From: Octopus sinensis
Taxonomy: Eukaryota
Length of the DNA stretch: 64,000 bases
NCBI RefSeq assembly: GCF_006345805.1
Contig: NC_042998.1
Coordinates: 46,314,001-46,378,000, forward strand
Reading direction: 5' to 3'
Within the stretch, counting starts at the first letter, position 1, and every line of letters starts with the position of its first letter. Below, in pieces: positions 13,062 to 25,826 of this stretch. The position numbers were made by a program, and so were the translations under genes. A model generated the notes under the pieces. The model was not told the origin of the DNA. It did not search any database and worked only from the letters and a program-made list of their open reading frames with translations.

Positions 13062-16000
13062 CAACAAACACAACATCGAAAAATACCTTAGGAATGAGAA
13101 CCCGGGTTTGAAATTTCCCCAAGACACCTGATGAAGGCTGGAGGGTATATCAGCTGAAACGTTGTGTCAACAACAAACAAGATGAGGACAAATATCCGTC
13201 TATTTTAAATAATGTAAATAATGTACTATCTCATTTAACAAAGTTTTCTTTTGTTGTTTCTGGCCAGGACCATACTGATGTTGGAACTTAAATCATTTCT
13301 CCATTTTAAAAATGCCAGTCTTTTGAGGCTGGTATTCGTCACAGGGCATTAAATTATAAAAGGTTGCCTTAAATAAGTCCCTTTACAAACTGCAGAAAAA
13401 TAGATGCTTTATGTGCGCGCGCACACACACACACCTTTATGATGTGGTGCTCAAGTACAAGAAATAGCCAGATATATTAGAGCTCAAAATAGTACATTGC
13501 TTTAAACTCTGTAGATTCACATGTACAGTGCTTATCAGAGTCAGAGTACAATAATGAATATACTGCAGAATGGGCTACAACAGATGAACAGAGGAAAACA
13601 TTTGGAAAAACAACAGAAAACAATATCAGTGATTTTAGTAGTGTATGAATGAATATTTTGAAATATTCATACAAAAGCACAGATATTGTTTTATGTTGTT
13701 ATGTCAGATATGTGTGTGCGTGTGTGTACCATGTAACCACACATGCTTTTTGTGGACTTTTCTTTTCCGTCTCTTCAGACCATTCCTCTTTTCTCTTTCT
13801 GATGCTTGAAATGTCACCCCACTCTTTCCTCCATCTTAAACTGAGTGTCAACCTAGCACATACACTGTATGTGTCCTTTTGACACTTTTGACGCTTTTGT
13901 CGTTTTTGGTTTATTTTTGATTTGGCTATATATATTTGTGAACAGTGAGGAAATTTATAAATCATCTAGATAATGTTGAAGGGGCATTAAGACATAATTA
14001 CGTTACTCTCTTTACTTGTTTTTTGTCATTTGACTGTGACCATGCTGGAGCACCGCCTTTAGTCGAGCAAATCGACCCCAGGACTTATTCTTTGTAAGCC
14101 TAGTAATTTTTCTATCGGTCTTTTTGCTGAACCGCTAAGTTACGGGGACATAAGCACACCAGCATCGGTTGTCAAGCGATGTCGGGGGTACAAACACACA
14201 CTCACACACGCACATACACATACACATACATACGACAGGCTTCTTTTAGTTTCCGTCTACCAAATCCACTCACAAGGCTTTGGTCGGCCCGAGGCTACAA
14301 TAGAAAGCACTTGCCCAAGGTGCCATGTAGTGGGACTGAACCCAGAACCATGTGGTTGGTAAGCATAGTTAATGTGTCCTTGTTTATTTATTTTATATCA
14401 TGTCTATGAACTGCTAAAGTTGATTCCTATCACCTGAAAATACTTATAACTTATGTTCAATTTTGCCCATTAGTTTTTAGCCATTTTGATTCAATCTGAA
14501 TTTTTTTCTTCAATATTCAGGAAAGTTCAGGTGAAACTGTTCTTGTTTAAAGAAAAAGGTATTTGGAAGAAAGAATACTTCCTGAAGTTTAAAGATGGGA
14601 GTGTTATTGATAAACTTCCACCAGAACTTGTAAGGAAAACCAGATCTGGACTCGGTATGTGTTTACCTCTGTATTCTTTTTTTTTATACTGTTGATGAAA
14701 CATTTTTATAATAATTTCATTGTATAACATCTCTGTATATCAGAATTGATTTTTTAAAAAACTTTCATACTTGAATATAGTGTTCTCAGATAACACTGTG
14801 TAACATGATATTTGTTTTTGGGTAGCAACTGTTATTTCCTATTAGCTTACTCCTAGAAAGTATGAAAAACGGCTAATATTTCCTTCAAACTTTGCTTTTG
14901 TTACATTTATTCAAACCCCAGCAATGCACTTATTGTCAAACTACTAAGGGACATGTTGAAGTGGTTAAAGTCAAGCAACTGACAAGCAAATCTGTGGTAT
15001 TGAGCAGAGTATTTGCTATAATGAATGATATTTCTGCTTCAGCAACTCAGCACTGAGTTTGTCTGAAATGTAATGGAAAATAGGTCAGTTTCAAAACAAT
15101 GTCCACATTACAAAAGCAAAGTTTGACGGGAATAATAGTCATTTCTTTTGATTTGCAGTTAGAAGCAAATATGAAATAGCACTGACTGATCAAAGATACA
15201 CACACACAAAAAAAAATATAACACAGCACAATCTAAATTTAACTAACAAAGAAAATGATTGAGACTAGAAAAATTTAGAGGAAAACAATAATATTTTTAA
15301 CTACTACAGCAAAATGAATGTTTGTTATTAATTAGCAAAATCATTAGAGCATTGGACATAATGCTTTGTGCTCTTTAGTTATGCACTTTACATTTGAGTT
15401 CTATTATTGTTGAGGTCAACTTTGCATTTTATCTTTTCAGGATGTTATAATTATTGGATGACAGTTTATATAATTCATGTGGCAGTTCTTTCTGAATGTC
15501 AACATTTACCTTTTTTTTATCTCAAATTCATGTTATTGGCTTATTTGAGTTCTTTCCTTTGGACTCATTTTGTTTAATAATACACTTATAACTTTAGTAG
15601 TCAGATTTCAACATGTAACCTTACCTTACATGATTTTGTATTATGTACTAAGATAGAATTCAACACTAACAATCCTTTCTACTATAGGCACAAGGGGACT
15701 AGTTGATTTCATCCCCCACCCCAGTACTTAAGTGATACTTATTTTATTGACTCTGAAAGAATGAGAGGCAATGTTGACGTAGGCGGAATTTGAATTCAGA
15801 ATGTAAAGCTTAACGAAATTCCACTAAGCATTCCGTCCAACATGCTGGCAATTCTGTCAGTTCACTGCCTTAAACAATGTACTCATAATATTTATGAGTA
15901 ATTGGTCACATTTGTACAGAACAACAATGACAGATCATGATGACAGGTCACTCAAGCAGGAGTCTATTTAATATGCAGATAATGAAAACTGTTATTAAAT

Positions 16001-16371
16001 ATATGTATACATTCACACATATATATATTTTGATACTTTGATAGGTTTCGGCCATTATTGGCCCAGGCCATGTCTAACTTAATAGCACCACCTGGTTGTT
16101 ATATATGTATAAAATAAAACTATAAAATCCACCCTTTTAAAGCCTAGCCAGGCTCATGGGCCCAGTTTCCCGGTTTCAATGGCGTATGTGTTCCTCAGCT
16201 GGACGGCACACCAGTCCATCGCAGCGTTACTCATTTTTGCCAGCTGAGTGAACTGGAGCAACGTGAAATGAAGTGTTTTGCTCAAGAACACAATGTGTCG
16301 CCTGGTCCAGGAATCAGAACCACAATATTACAATCATGATGCTGACACCCTAACCACTAAGCCACGCACCT

Positions 16372-16434
<63 letters not shown>

Positions 16435-16965
16435 GCATATGTATATATATGATTGTTGCTAAATATAACTAAGATGTTAGAAACATCTACATTGCTAGAA
16501 ATAAGAGCTAAAATGCTCTAATGCTATAATCAAAGCACATAATTGTATACATATATATTGACTCCCACCCACGCTAGCATGGAAGGAAGATGTTAAATGT
16601 CGATGATGATGATGATATACTGAGTTCTCCTTTTGCATATTACTGTCTATATTAATTTTCTGTATACACATTAGTGATTCCCTAATGACAGAATTCAGTC
16701 TGAGATCTGCTGAAGTTGAGCCAGTCCTTACTGACAAGGCAATGGAAATTGCAAAACTGACCAGTTAGTATAAGGAATTCTTGATCAGTATTTTTGGGTG
16801 ATTATAGTCCCTGTCAGTGTATGTATACAATTATGTGCTTTGACTACAGTATTAGAACATTTTAGCTCTTATTTCTAGCAATGTAGGTGTTTCTAATACC
16901 CTAGTCATATTTAGTGACAATTATAATTTTCCTTTTTGGTAAAACATTGCACACTGCTCTCTATA

Positions 16966-17009
<44 letters not shown>

Positions 17010-18315
17010 CAAAATCAAAATCATTTCGATGACTGGCATCCGTGCTAGCAGGGTGCAAAGAGCACCATACGAGTGTGATTGTTGACAGAGTGGCTATCCG
17101 AGTATGATCATTACCAGCGTCGCCTTACTGGCACTTATGCCTGTGCTAGTAGGGTGCCAAGAACACCATCTGAGCGTGATCATTGCCAGAGCAGCCAACT
17201 GGCTTCTGTACCCGTGGCACATAAAAGGGCACCATTCGAGCGTGATCGTTACCAATGTCGCTTCACTGGCACCTGTGTCGGTCACATGTGTAAAAAGATT
17301 TGAGCAAGGTCATTGCCAGTACCGCCTGACTGGCCCCCGTGCAGGTGGCATGTAAAAAGCACCCACTACACTCTTGGAGTGGTTGGCGTTAGAAAGGGTA
17401 TCCAGCTATAGAAACTCTGCCAGATCAAGACTGGAGCCTGGTGCAGCCATCTGGTTGCCAGCCGTCAGTCAGAACCGTTCAACCCATGCTAGCATGGAAA
17501 ACGGATGTTAAATAATGATGATGATATTGGGAGAATTCATGAAAAAAACAAAAGACGAAGACAGGTGGTGTAGACAACAAACGGATGTATTAGTATAATG
17601 CTCGGTAAGTGAAAAGTCTTTAATGTTTCGAGCCTACGCTCTTCCACACATATATAGATATATTGGAAGAAGAATTACAGATGTCATAGCTGAAGGTCTT
17701 GGCACTTCAGCCAAAAGATTGTTAGTTTTGTTTTTCCCTCTTGCACTTTATGCTTAGAGGCTCAACCTGCTTCATTGAATATATGTAGCAAGAGGACTTA
17801 CAAACTCATTGAGGAATATGTCAACAGATAGTGCTTTGAATCAAATTTCCCCATTGACTACTGGAAATAGACTAGATCTGAACTGGTTTAGCTGTGACAT
17901 AGTTTTAATTTCCGTTTGTAGTTAATTCACTTTAAATACAGCTCTAATTCTCCTGAAAAGTGTAAGTGCACCATAGATTGTATTCCCTCTTCAAATAAAA
18001 GCCTTTGACATTATGCATACAAGAAAACAAGTAGGAAACCATTGTTGCATAACTTTCCCCCAAAATGCTAGAACATAATGTTTATTTCTAGAACTAGATT
18101 TGAAAACAATACCTTCAAAATTGGAAGGTGTGTGTGTATGCATGTGAATTTTATTTTAAAAATGATTTGTATATTCTTTTTTCTTTGTAGGAATGTTTAT
18201 GGAAGATCTCCTTCACTTTTCTGAAAAATTACTTGGAGTAAGAGATGTCCATGACACAGAAGAATTGACTATAAAAACTATTGACCTTATTGAAAAGATT
18301 CATAGTTATTTTTAA
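6936..18315 (+). CDS. BLVRA: Biliverdin reductase A-like (Gfo/Idh/MocA family) gene, 3' part; exons 6936-7033, 9338-9448, 10873-11050, 14521-14654, 18191-18315 (stop TAA)
   Basis: Spliced product of ~214 aa: KSLEAGKHVLVEYPIVMNVTAAKELYQMASSKG-VVLHEENIGLL...FLFGNLTSVGGQLTEKDD...GMFMEDLLHFSEKLLG. It is collinear with vertebrate BLVRA as recalled (AGKHVLVEYP, KVLHEEH, LFGEL, IFLKDQNIFVQKLLG). All introns are GT-AG with matching phases (1,1,2,1). The N-terminal NAD(P)H-binding exons are not in the window. Confidence 0.85.
7432..7907. mobile_element. MITE/foldback element with ~155-bp near-perfect inverted arms (7487-7641 and 7744-7898) and a possible 9-bp target duplication AAGCATAAT
   Basis: The arms are reverse complements with only about 4 mismatches; AAGCATAAT occurs at 7432-7440 and 7899-7907. 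Confidence 0.8.
9338..9448 (+). CDS. BLVRA: BLVRA-like exon (VVLHEENIGLL...)
   Basis: gtacag|GT GTA GTT CTT CAT GAA GAA ... CAC CAT G|gtaatt; 111 nt. Confidence 0.88.
10380..10680 (-). mobile_element. Degenerate LINE (RTE-like) C-terminal fragment
   Basis: AAEMWFLHRISRVTLLN...VRELL...IDRSQLRYY resembles the EMWFLRRI...RSQLRW post-RT region. Confidence 0.6.
10873..11050 (+). CDS. BLVRA: BLVRA-like exon (…FIAHQSIIKAAIFLFGNLT…)
   Basis: tttccaag|TT TCA TTG ... GAA GAC AA|gtaggt; 178 nt; phase 1 in, phase 2 out. Confidence 0.85.
11100..11780 (-). mobile_element. Gypsy-type gag N-terminal relic with a stop and frameshifts, intronic
   Basis: Glutamine-rich coiled coil, then FNYDSEDGITFAAYFRRY*EIF...VRLLLYKLAPAEHEKYCNFILPKK...DMFKCLIFVQGL, resembling the gag of invertebrate Gypsy (K02A2.6-like) elements. 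Confidence 0.7.
12819..13226 (+). mobile_element. tRNA-headed SINE-like element with (AAT)n spacer and a hammerhead-bearing tail, preceded by an inverted copy of that tail
   Basis: 12819-12953 is the reverse complement of 13083-13226. Between them lie a tRNA-like head (TGGCATAGTGGTTAAGAGCGCGGGCTACTAACCCCAAGATTCCGAATTCAATTCCAGGC) and (AAT)n. Confidence 0.75.
13123..13168 (+). ncRNA. Minimal type I hammerhead ribozyme motif; inverted, mutated copy at 12869-12914
   Basis: GACAC-CTGATGA-A-GGCTG(GAGGGTATAT)CAGCT-GAAAC-GTT-GTGTC: stem I GACAC/GTGTC, stem II, both core boxes and a palindromic loopless stem III. Confidence 0.7.
14521..14654 (+). CDS. BLVRA: BLVRA-like exon (KVQVKLFLFKEKG…)
   Basis: atattcag|G AAA GTT ... 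GGA CTC G|gtatgt; 134 nt. Confidence 0.8.
16130..16372 (-). mobile_element. tRNA-derived SINE family C; other copies at ~8380-8520, 35980-36230, 41340-41510, 45889-46020, 57070-57318 and 60803-61103
   Basis: Head GGAGGCGC.TGG...AGTGGTTAGGG...GGTTTCGATTCC; core GTTGTGTTCTTGAGCAAAACACTTCATTTCACGTTGCTCCAGTCCACTCAGCTG. Confidence 0.8.
18191..18315 (+). CDS. BLVRA: BLVRA-like terminal coding exon
   Basis: tttgtag|GA ATG TTT ATG GAA GAT ... TAT TTT TAA; GMFMEDLLHFSEKLLGVRDVHDTEELTIKTIDLIEKIHSYF*. Confidence 0.85.
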
Positions 18316-20741
18316 TGCAAATTTTCGAATTTATATTCCTCTGGAAATTGTAGGCTTAACTCTTTAGCATTCAGATTACTCTGTCATCATGCATTATTTC
18401 ATAGGTTTTGATGATGTGATTGTTTATTTTTAGAATGACATTTTTGGGTAGGTGCGAGAGGCCAGATCTGTCTGGTCTGAACATAAAACAGGTAGAATAT
18501 TTTGGCCAGATATGGCTGGTTTAAATACTAAAGGGTTAAGAATTTCTAGAAAGGACTCACTGGGAGCTATATTAGCAGGGTTGATGTTAAAAACAGGAAA
18601 ACAAAAAAATATTCTCAATTTTTCTCGATGGCAAACTTCTTTTGAGATCAAATGAGAAAGAATTTTCATAATTTCTGAACATTTGAACCGCATTTAATTC
18701 CAAATACTCAATTTTTGAAAGAATTTTATCTTTCTCTTTTGGTCTCAGGACAAATACTCAATTTTTGCAGGAATTTTATCTTTTTTTTCTTTCATCCATG
18801 ATTAATGTTTGATGAAGGGACATCTGATGCATAATACTCACAAAATATTATTACTCTGGTATATGTATTTTCCAAATTCTAACTCCTCCCCTCCAAAAAG
18901 AAGAAAAAGAACCATGTATGTTACTTACTCTTTTACTTGTTTCAGTCATGTGACTGTGGCCATGCTGGAGCACCGCCTTTAATTGAGCAAATCAACCCCA
19001 GGACTTATTCTTTGTAAGCCTAGTACTTATTCTATCGTTCTCTTTTGCTGAACTGCTAACGGGGACGTAAACACACCAGCATCGGTTGTCAAACGATGTT
19101 GGGGGGACAAACACAGACACACATACATACATATATACAACGGGCTTCTTTCAGTTTCCGTCTACCAAATCCACTTAAAAGGCTTTGGTTGGCCCAAGGC
19201 TATAGTAGAAGACACTTGCCCAAGGTGCCATGCAGTGGGACTGAACCCAGAACCATGTGGTTGGTAAGCAAGCTACTTACCACACAGCCACTCCTACTTG
19301 TGCATATTTTAATATTGGAAAAGTATCTACTTTGTAAATCAGCCTCTCTGAACATGCTAACTTTGATGACTCTCTGCTTCTTTGTTGTTGCCAATATATT
19401 TCATGGCAACCCTAAATTACAATATATATAATGCAATAAGATTTTTAACTTTAGCTTATAGTAGTCACATTCTTTGGGTGAGGAAGAAGTTAATTAATCC
19501 ATCACTTGACAGATTTATTAAATAGTTTCCAGTAGAACCAAAGACAAGTTGACACTGCCAGGATTTAAATTCAAGACATAAAAAATTCTTATCATCATTA
19601 TTTAATGCCCATTTTTCATGCTGGCATGGGTTGGATGGTTTGGTGGAAGCTGGCAAGCCAAAGGGCTGCAGTTGTCTGTTCTGGCATGGTTTCTATGGCT
19701 GGATGCCCTTCCTAATGTTGACTACTTTAGGGTGTACTGAGTGCTTTTTACATGGTGTCAGCATGAGTGCTTCTTTTTACGTAGCACTGGCACGGGTGCA
19801 TTTCTATGCAATGCCAGCACAGGTGCTTCCTTATGTGGTACCAGCACAGGTGGTTTTTACATGGTGCTGGCATCTGATCTTGAAAGAAGTCTGCCATCAA
19901 GAAAAATTAAGAACATTCCTTTGTTTTTCTTTTTTTTTTTAACATCAAACCCTACTATTATAGCTCCCAGTAAGTCCTTTCTGAGAATTCTTAAGCCTAC
20001 AATTTCAAGAGGAGTACAAATGGGAAATTTTATGTTAAAAATAACTATACCTGTTAATCTTTTCAAATAATTCTTTTTAAAACTTCAATATAAAACTCTA
20101 TTAATTCAGCTAAGAATTTTATCAGCTGAACTCAATGACTCAAATTTTTAACCAGCAGGCAATAGTGTTGAAGAACCCCACTTCACATTCCAGAATTGAT
20201 CAGAACTATTTATATGAAAATTGTACCATTACAATTGTAACTTTATAATTAGTGCTATTGGAAGAAAAATTGAATATTAACAACTTACTACATTGAGCTG
20301 TTCTAACACTATTTGGAACATTCCAGTAAGTAACAACTCTGTAAAAAATGAAGAAATGCTAACAAACCAAAGTAACAGCTAATGTACCAGAGAAACTTCA
20401 AATTATTTTAAATAGTCTAATTCAAATTGTACATTAAAGTCCAACTTTCCTTATGTCAGAATATTTTCTTTGATATTGAAGTATACTTTTGTTCCAGCCA
20501 TTCATTATTTTCTGTTAATCTTTTATCATCAGAATATCTAAGAAAAATTTATACCGTGTTTTTCCTTTCTCATTTCACATTTTCTCTTGCATTGGTCAGA
20601 TGAATCAGTAAGAGAAGTATTTTTATACTTGGTTAGTTTCTATAACATACCCTCTTACTACCACAAGGTGCAGTACCTAACTCTAAATGATATGACAGTG
20701 AGTTGTAAGCAGTAGCAGCAGCAGCAGCAGCAGCAGTAGTT

Positions 20742-20786
<45 letters not shown>

Positions 20787-21419
20787 ATATAATATTGTTT
20801 TCTCTGAGTATCACGACTTGTTATAAAACAACTTAGAAAATTATAAATTATAAAAAAAAGAGATAGGTTCATATTTCAGAGGAAAAGCTAATGTACTAGT
20901 TAGATATACAGGATTAGCCATATGGTTTTGTGGTTGAGAAGTTTTGTTTCACATTTATATGGTATTGGGTTCAATCTCTCTGCAAGCACCTTGGGCAAGT
21001 ATCTTCAACCATATCCTTTGGATTGACCAAAGGCTTGTGTTTGAAATTTGGTAGACAGAAACTATGGAAGCCCATTAGAGGAACTGTTCCTGTTCTTGGA
21101 TAGTAGACTTAATCTGCTAGCTGGTTTAACATGAGTTCCTGGTTCTTAGGTACCTATAGCAGAGTTTGCTATTTTTGTAAACATCCAGGCCAGGTCTGTG
21201 AACTGAGGATAATTTCCTTCCTTCCACCATCTAGTGTTAGAAGCTCTAAAACAAGGTTTCTTCTTCTGACTATATAAAAGACAAAAAATTTAGAATTTCA
21301 CCAACATTTCTACACAAATGGCATGGCTGTGTGGTTAAGAAACTTGCTTCCCAACCATGTGGTCTTAGGGTCAGTACCACTGTAGGGCATCTTGGGCAAG
21401 TGTCTTCTACAATAGCCCC

Positions 21420-24400
21420 TTGAGCACGTTAGCAGCTCCCGCTACCGCTAATCATGTATTTATTGTGCTGGACCGCAACTCACATAAGAATTTTATGGTC
21501 GACACTTGCGCTTCACGTAGCATCTGGCTGGTAAAGTTCGTGACGAGTAAGCCTGTTCTCTCTCGGATTTCTCTGCAAGCTGTCAACCATTCTCCTATCG
21601 ACACATTCGGGCAGATATCTCTCTCCTTGGATTTGGCTCTCCAGAGCGACTTCAAATGGATTTTCGTAATTGCGGACCTACCCTATCCTATTCTCGTGAT
21701 AGATTTCCTCCACCACTTCTTGTTGTTGGTGGATGTTCGCCAACAGCGTTTGTTGGATAGCTGGATAGCTCAACGCAGTTATTGGTTCCTGGTGGTCCAG
21801 TGTCCGCTCCTGTTGTAAGCCCAGTATCTTTTAGTGTTGTACCGGGTGATACATACCATTCTCTTCTCAACTCTTTCCCGGAACTTATTTCAACGTCGCT
21901 GATCCTGTACATTCAGCGAGACATTACATCGACACCAATGGTCCACTAGTGTTTGCTCGTGCTCGCTGTCTTCCTCCTGCTAAACTCAAGGCTGCAAAAG
22001 TGGAATTCGATCACATGCTCCAGCTGGTGCTTATTCGTCCTTCTACTAGCCCCTGGTCTCCCCTCTCCATATAGTCCCCAAAAGAAATTCTAATTCCCGT
22101 CCTGTTGGGTGCTATTGAAGATTAAATACTATTACGACCCCGGACAGGTACCCTATTCCACACCTTCCACTTTCTTCTACCTTGCACAGTAGCAATGTTT
22201 TTTCTAAGGTCGATCTCGTCCGGGCGTATCGCCAGATTCCTTTAAATTCACACGATATACCAAAGACTGCCGTTACTACTCCTTTTGGTTCGTTTGAATT
22301 CCTTTCAATGCCTTTAGGGTTACAGAACGCAGCTAGCACCTTTCAAAGGTTTATAGACGAGGTAATTCGTGGTCTCGACTTCGTCTATGCCTACATTGAC
22401 GACTTACTCATCGCCAGTTCTACGAAGGAAGAGCATGTTCATCAACTAACGCTCCTTTTTCAGCGTCTACGCGATTATCGAGTTAAAATCAACTCGATGA
22501 CTTGTGTATTTGGTTCTACATTCGCTGGAATTTTTAGGCCACATTATCAATCGTGATGGAATTCGTCGTCTCCCAGAGAAGGTACAGGCAATTCAGAAAC
22601 TGCCTCCTTCATCTTCTCTTAAGGCAGCTTCGTCATTTCCTCAGTTCGGTCAATTCTTATCGTTGATTCATCCCAAATTGTGCAGAATAATTGAGTTAAC
22701 ATTACTGAATGATCGTAAGAAGAATGAAATTATCTCCCTTTCACCGTTCCTCGTTGCTGATTTTCAGACTGTCAAATAGGCCCTGGCTAACGTTTCAATG
22801 TTAGTTTACCCAAAATCCGATGCAAAGCTCTCGCTTGTAGTAGATGCATCGGATGCATCTGTGGGCGCAGTATTATAGTAAGCTGGCCAAGAAATTCTGT
22901 AACCGCTGGCATTTTATTCCCGTCAGCTCAATCCCACGGCGACGCACTATAGCACATTTGGAAGAGAATTACTCGCTGTTTATCTTGCAATAAAGCATTT
23001 TGGTCATTTCCTGGAAGGAAGGGAGTTTACAATATTCCCAAACCACAAACCCCTTATCTTTGCTCTTTTTTCCAAGCCGGACAAGTATTCGCCGAGAGAA
23101 ATTTGACATTTTGATTATGTATCGCAGTTTTCTTGCGATCTTCAGCATATCTCCGGTTCCCGTAATATTGTTGCTGATGCTTTATCCCGCTTACCTGTCC
23201 ACTGTCGTCTGCTTCTATGATAGATTTGATTGCTTTGGCAGCTGACCAACCACTACTATCGTCTTTGGATGTTACATCTGAAGAATTCGCAACATGCCAT
23301 TTCAAGTATTTGCCATTACCAGCTTCAGACGGAGATATATTGTGTGATACATCTACTGGCTAATCCTGTCCACTCGTACCAGAGTCTCATCGTCGCACTG
23401 TCTTCAACGCCCTGCATACCTTATCATATCCTGGTGTAACAGTTTCTGTGAAGCTTATTTCTGCTCGTTTTATCTTTTGGCCAAATATGAGACATCAAAT
23501 CACCGAATGGGCACGCACATGCCTTCAGTGTCAATGTTCTAAGGTTCATCGCCATGTTCATGCACCTCTTGGTTCGTGTCAGTACCCAGACGCCCGCTTC
23601 CGACGTATACATAGCGATTTAGTTGGGCTTTAACCACCTAGCCGCGGGTTCACATACATCATTATCTGATCGGTTTTCGCGTTGGCCTGAAGCCATTCCA
23701 CTTATCAACATAAGTGCTGAATCCGTGGCACAAGCCCTTATTTCAGGTTGGATTTCCCGCTTTGGTGTTCCGTTACGCATTACGACGGATCGTGGAAGTC
23801 AGTTTGAATCACGGCTGTTCAACCAACTTTCTGCTATCCTGGGAGTTCGCCATAGTTGTACGACTAGCTGCCACCCAGCTTCGAACGGTATAGTCGAACG
23901 CTTTTACAACAATAAAAAGCATCTTTCCTCGCATACTCTGATCCTCAAAGGTGGAGCAGGTACCTGCCTCTCGTTCTTTTAGGTTGTCGCTCCTTCGTGA
24001 AAGAAGATTTGGGATTATCTGCCGCGGAATTCTCATATGGATTGCCACTGTTTTTACCCGGCCAAATTCTGGTTCCTGTGGATATTTCAGCACAAGATTC
24101 AGCTACCTACGTTCATCGCCTGCAAACCTATTTCTCTGACCTTCCACCGATGTCTTCTAGACTTCAAACTGTGCCTGCTGGTGTTCCAGCGAAAATTGAT
24201 AAATGGACCCACGTCTCTCCAGGGACGATTTTGTGAGAGGTCCTCTCACTCAACCCTATAAGAGACCTTATCGTGTCCTGGGAAAGAACGTCAAAAGTGT
24301 TTTCCATATACATTAATAGATCTAAACAGATTGTTTCAAATGATAGGGTGAAGCAAGTTTCTTTCTGAAGCTCTTACTCCAGAACCAAATATCCCCATCC

Positions 24401-24830
24401 ACTTTCCATCTCTGATATCTGCAAACACCGTACTCACGCAAACACCACCATCACACAACCATGTATCTCCCGCTCCACCGTCACATGTCACGATTACCCG
24501 GGCTGGGCGTCGAGTACACTGGCCAAAAAATTGTGTAAGACTATATATACCGTCCCCTGACTTTTACACATCTTGGCATTTTCCACGCATTTTATTTCAA
24601 CATTTTAGTACGTTTTGACTTTTTCCACATTTTTGATATTTTTTTTTACGTGGCACATGCTGTATTTTGGAACTACTGTGTTAAATTTTGCATGTTTTAT
24701 TTTCTCTTTTCACTGCTGGAACTGTTTTTTTTCTTCCATTTTGTGCATGCCTTTCCCTCTGTTTTGTTCCCTAGGTTGACCCTTCGCTACGACATACCTC
24801 TTTTTCGACTTATAGTCGCGGGGAGCAGTG
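21420..24830 (+). mobile_element. Gypsy/Ty3 LTR retrotransposon pol relic (PR-RT-RH-IN), 5'-truncated and frameshifted
   Basis: FMVDTCAS (protease), FSKVDLVRAYRQIP and YAYIDDLLIAS (RT), LVVDASDASVGAVL and RELLAVYLAIKHF (RNase H), [27 protein letters not shown] and HPASNGIVERF (integrase). The domain order is Gypsy. Confidence 0.93.
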
Positions 24831-25100
24831 TAGCAAGGACCGTAAGCGCTAAAATGAACAGGGCGGAATTATGCTCCCTCATTGTGTCGTCGTTAGGTGG
24901 CGCCACGATGGCACTTCTGCTAGGGAGGCATAAAAACCCGCCGCTCTCGGCCCGTGGGCAGTTTGACTTGTCAATGGACACAGCCAGCGAGGACTGCTTA
25001 CACGTTTCGCTTTTGGCCATTACTGCTACCGCATTATGTAGCAGGCGCATTTTTTACTCTCTTCTGTTTCAGTGTCAATCACATAAGATGTAACCACGTT
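24820..25100 (+). mobile_element. Putative polypurine tract and start of the 3' LTR of the Gypsy relic
   Basis: GGGGAGCAG immediately followed by TGTAGC at 24829; the LTR right end could not be fixed. Confidence 0.45.
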
Positions 25101-25763
25101 TGTACAATTATTTATTCACATCCACTTTTGTATGAACACTGTTATAAAAACTTGTTTAACTTTGACTCGATGTTGTTTGTCACACGAGTACATGCACTTT
25201 AACACAAACAAGAACACGGGATTCATGTTTACTCTTCACTAAAAGGTCACAGGAATAATGTGACGAATATTTCTTGGAAAAGAAAAAAATATGACTGAAA
25301 ACAGTTATATTCAGAAGCAGAGATTGGGAAAATACGCCTCCTTGTCCTGGTTCATCTCGTGACTCTGATAGAAGGTAATGACATACTCATGACTACATGG
25401 AAAATACTTAACATGGCTACTCCTTATTCACTTGGAACCCGTAATTGCCAACTCATATTCTGTAAGAAGCTGTAAATGTTGTTACAGCTGATAGTAGCTT
25501 TGTTAATTAACTTCAAACTACTAGCCGCTAATACCTTAGAAAGACCGATCATCTTAACCTTATCTTCTCCACATGCAAATTCAGAGTAGCAACCTCTGCT
25601 TACTCATAGTGAGATTAATCCTCTTGTACCGATCATCAATACTGAATACCATGTTCATACTCAGCAATGAAAACAGCCACACAGCACACAAACATTTAAT
25701 GTCATCACGAGGAACAGAGGCAGTAGGTATATACCTCAATTTGTTGTTGCTGATCTCTTAACT

Positions 25764-25826
<63 letters not shown>

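Noticed and set aside
13515-13670. Exon-like open stretch (DSHVQCLSESEYNNEY…) in the BLVRA-like intron
   Set aside because: 10873-11050 joins 14521 in phase and matches the family better, and this stretch has no suitable phase-2 GT donor.
24650-25202. 147-aa and 82-aa ORFs after the Gypsy integrase
   Set aside because: They overlap the putative PPT/LTR, are low-complexity hydrophobic and have no env-like motif.
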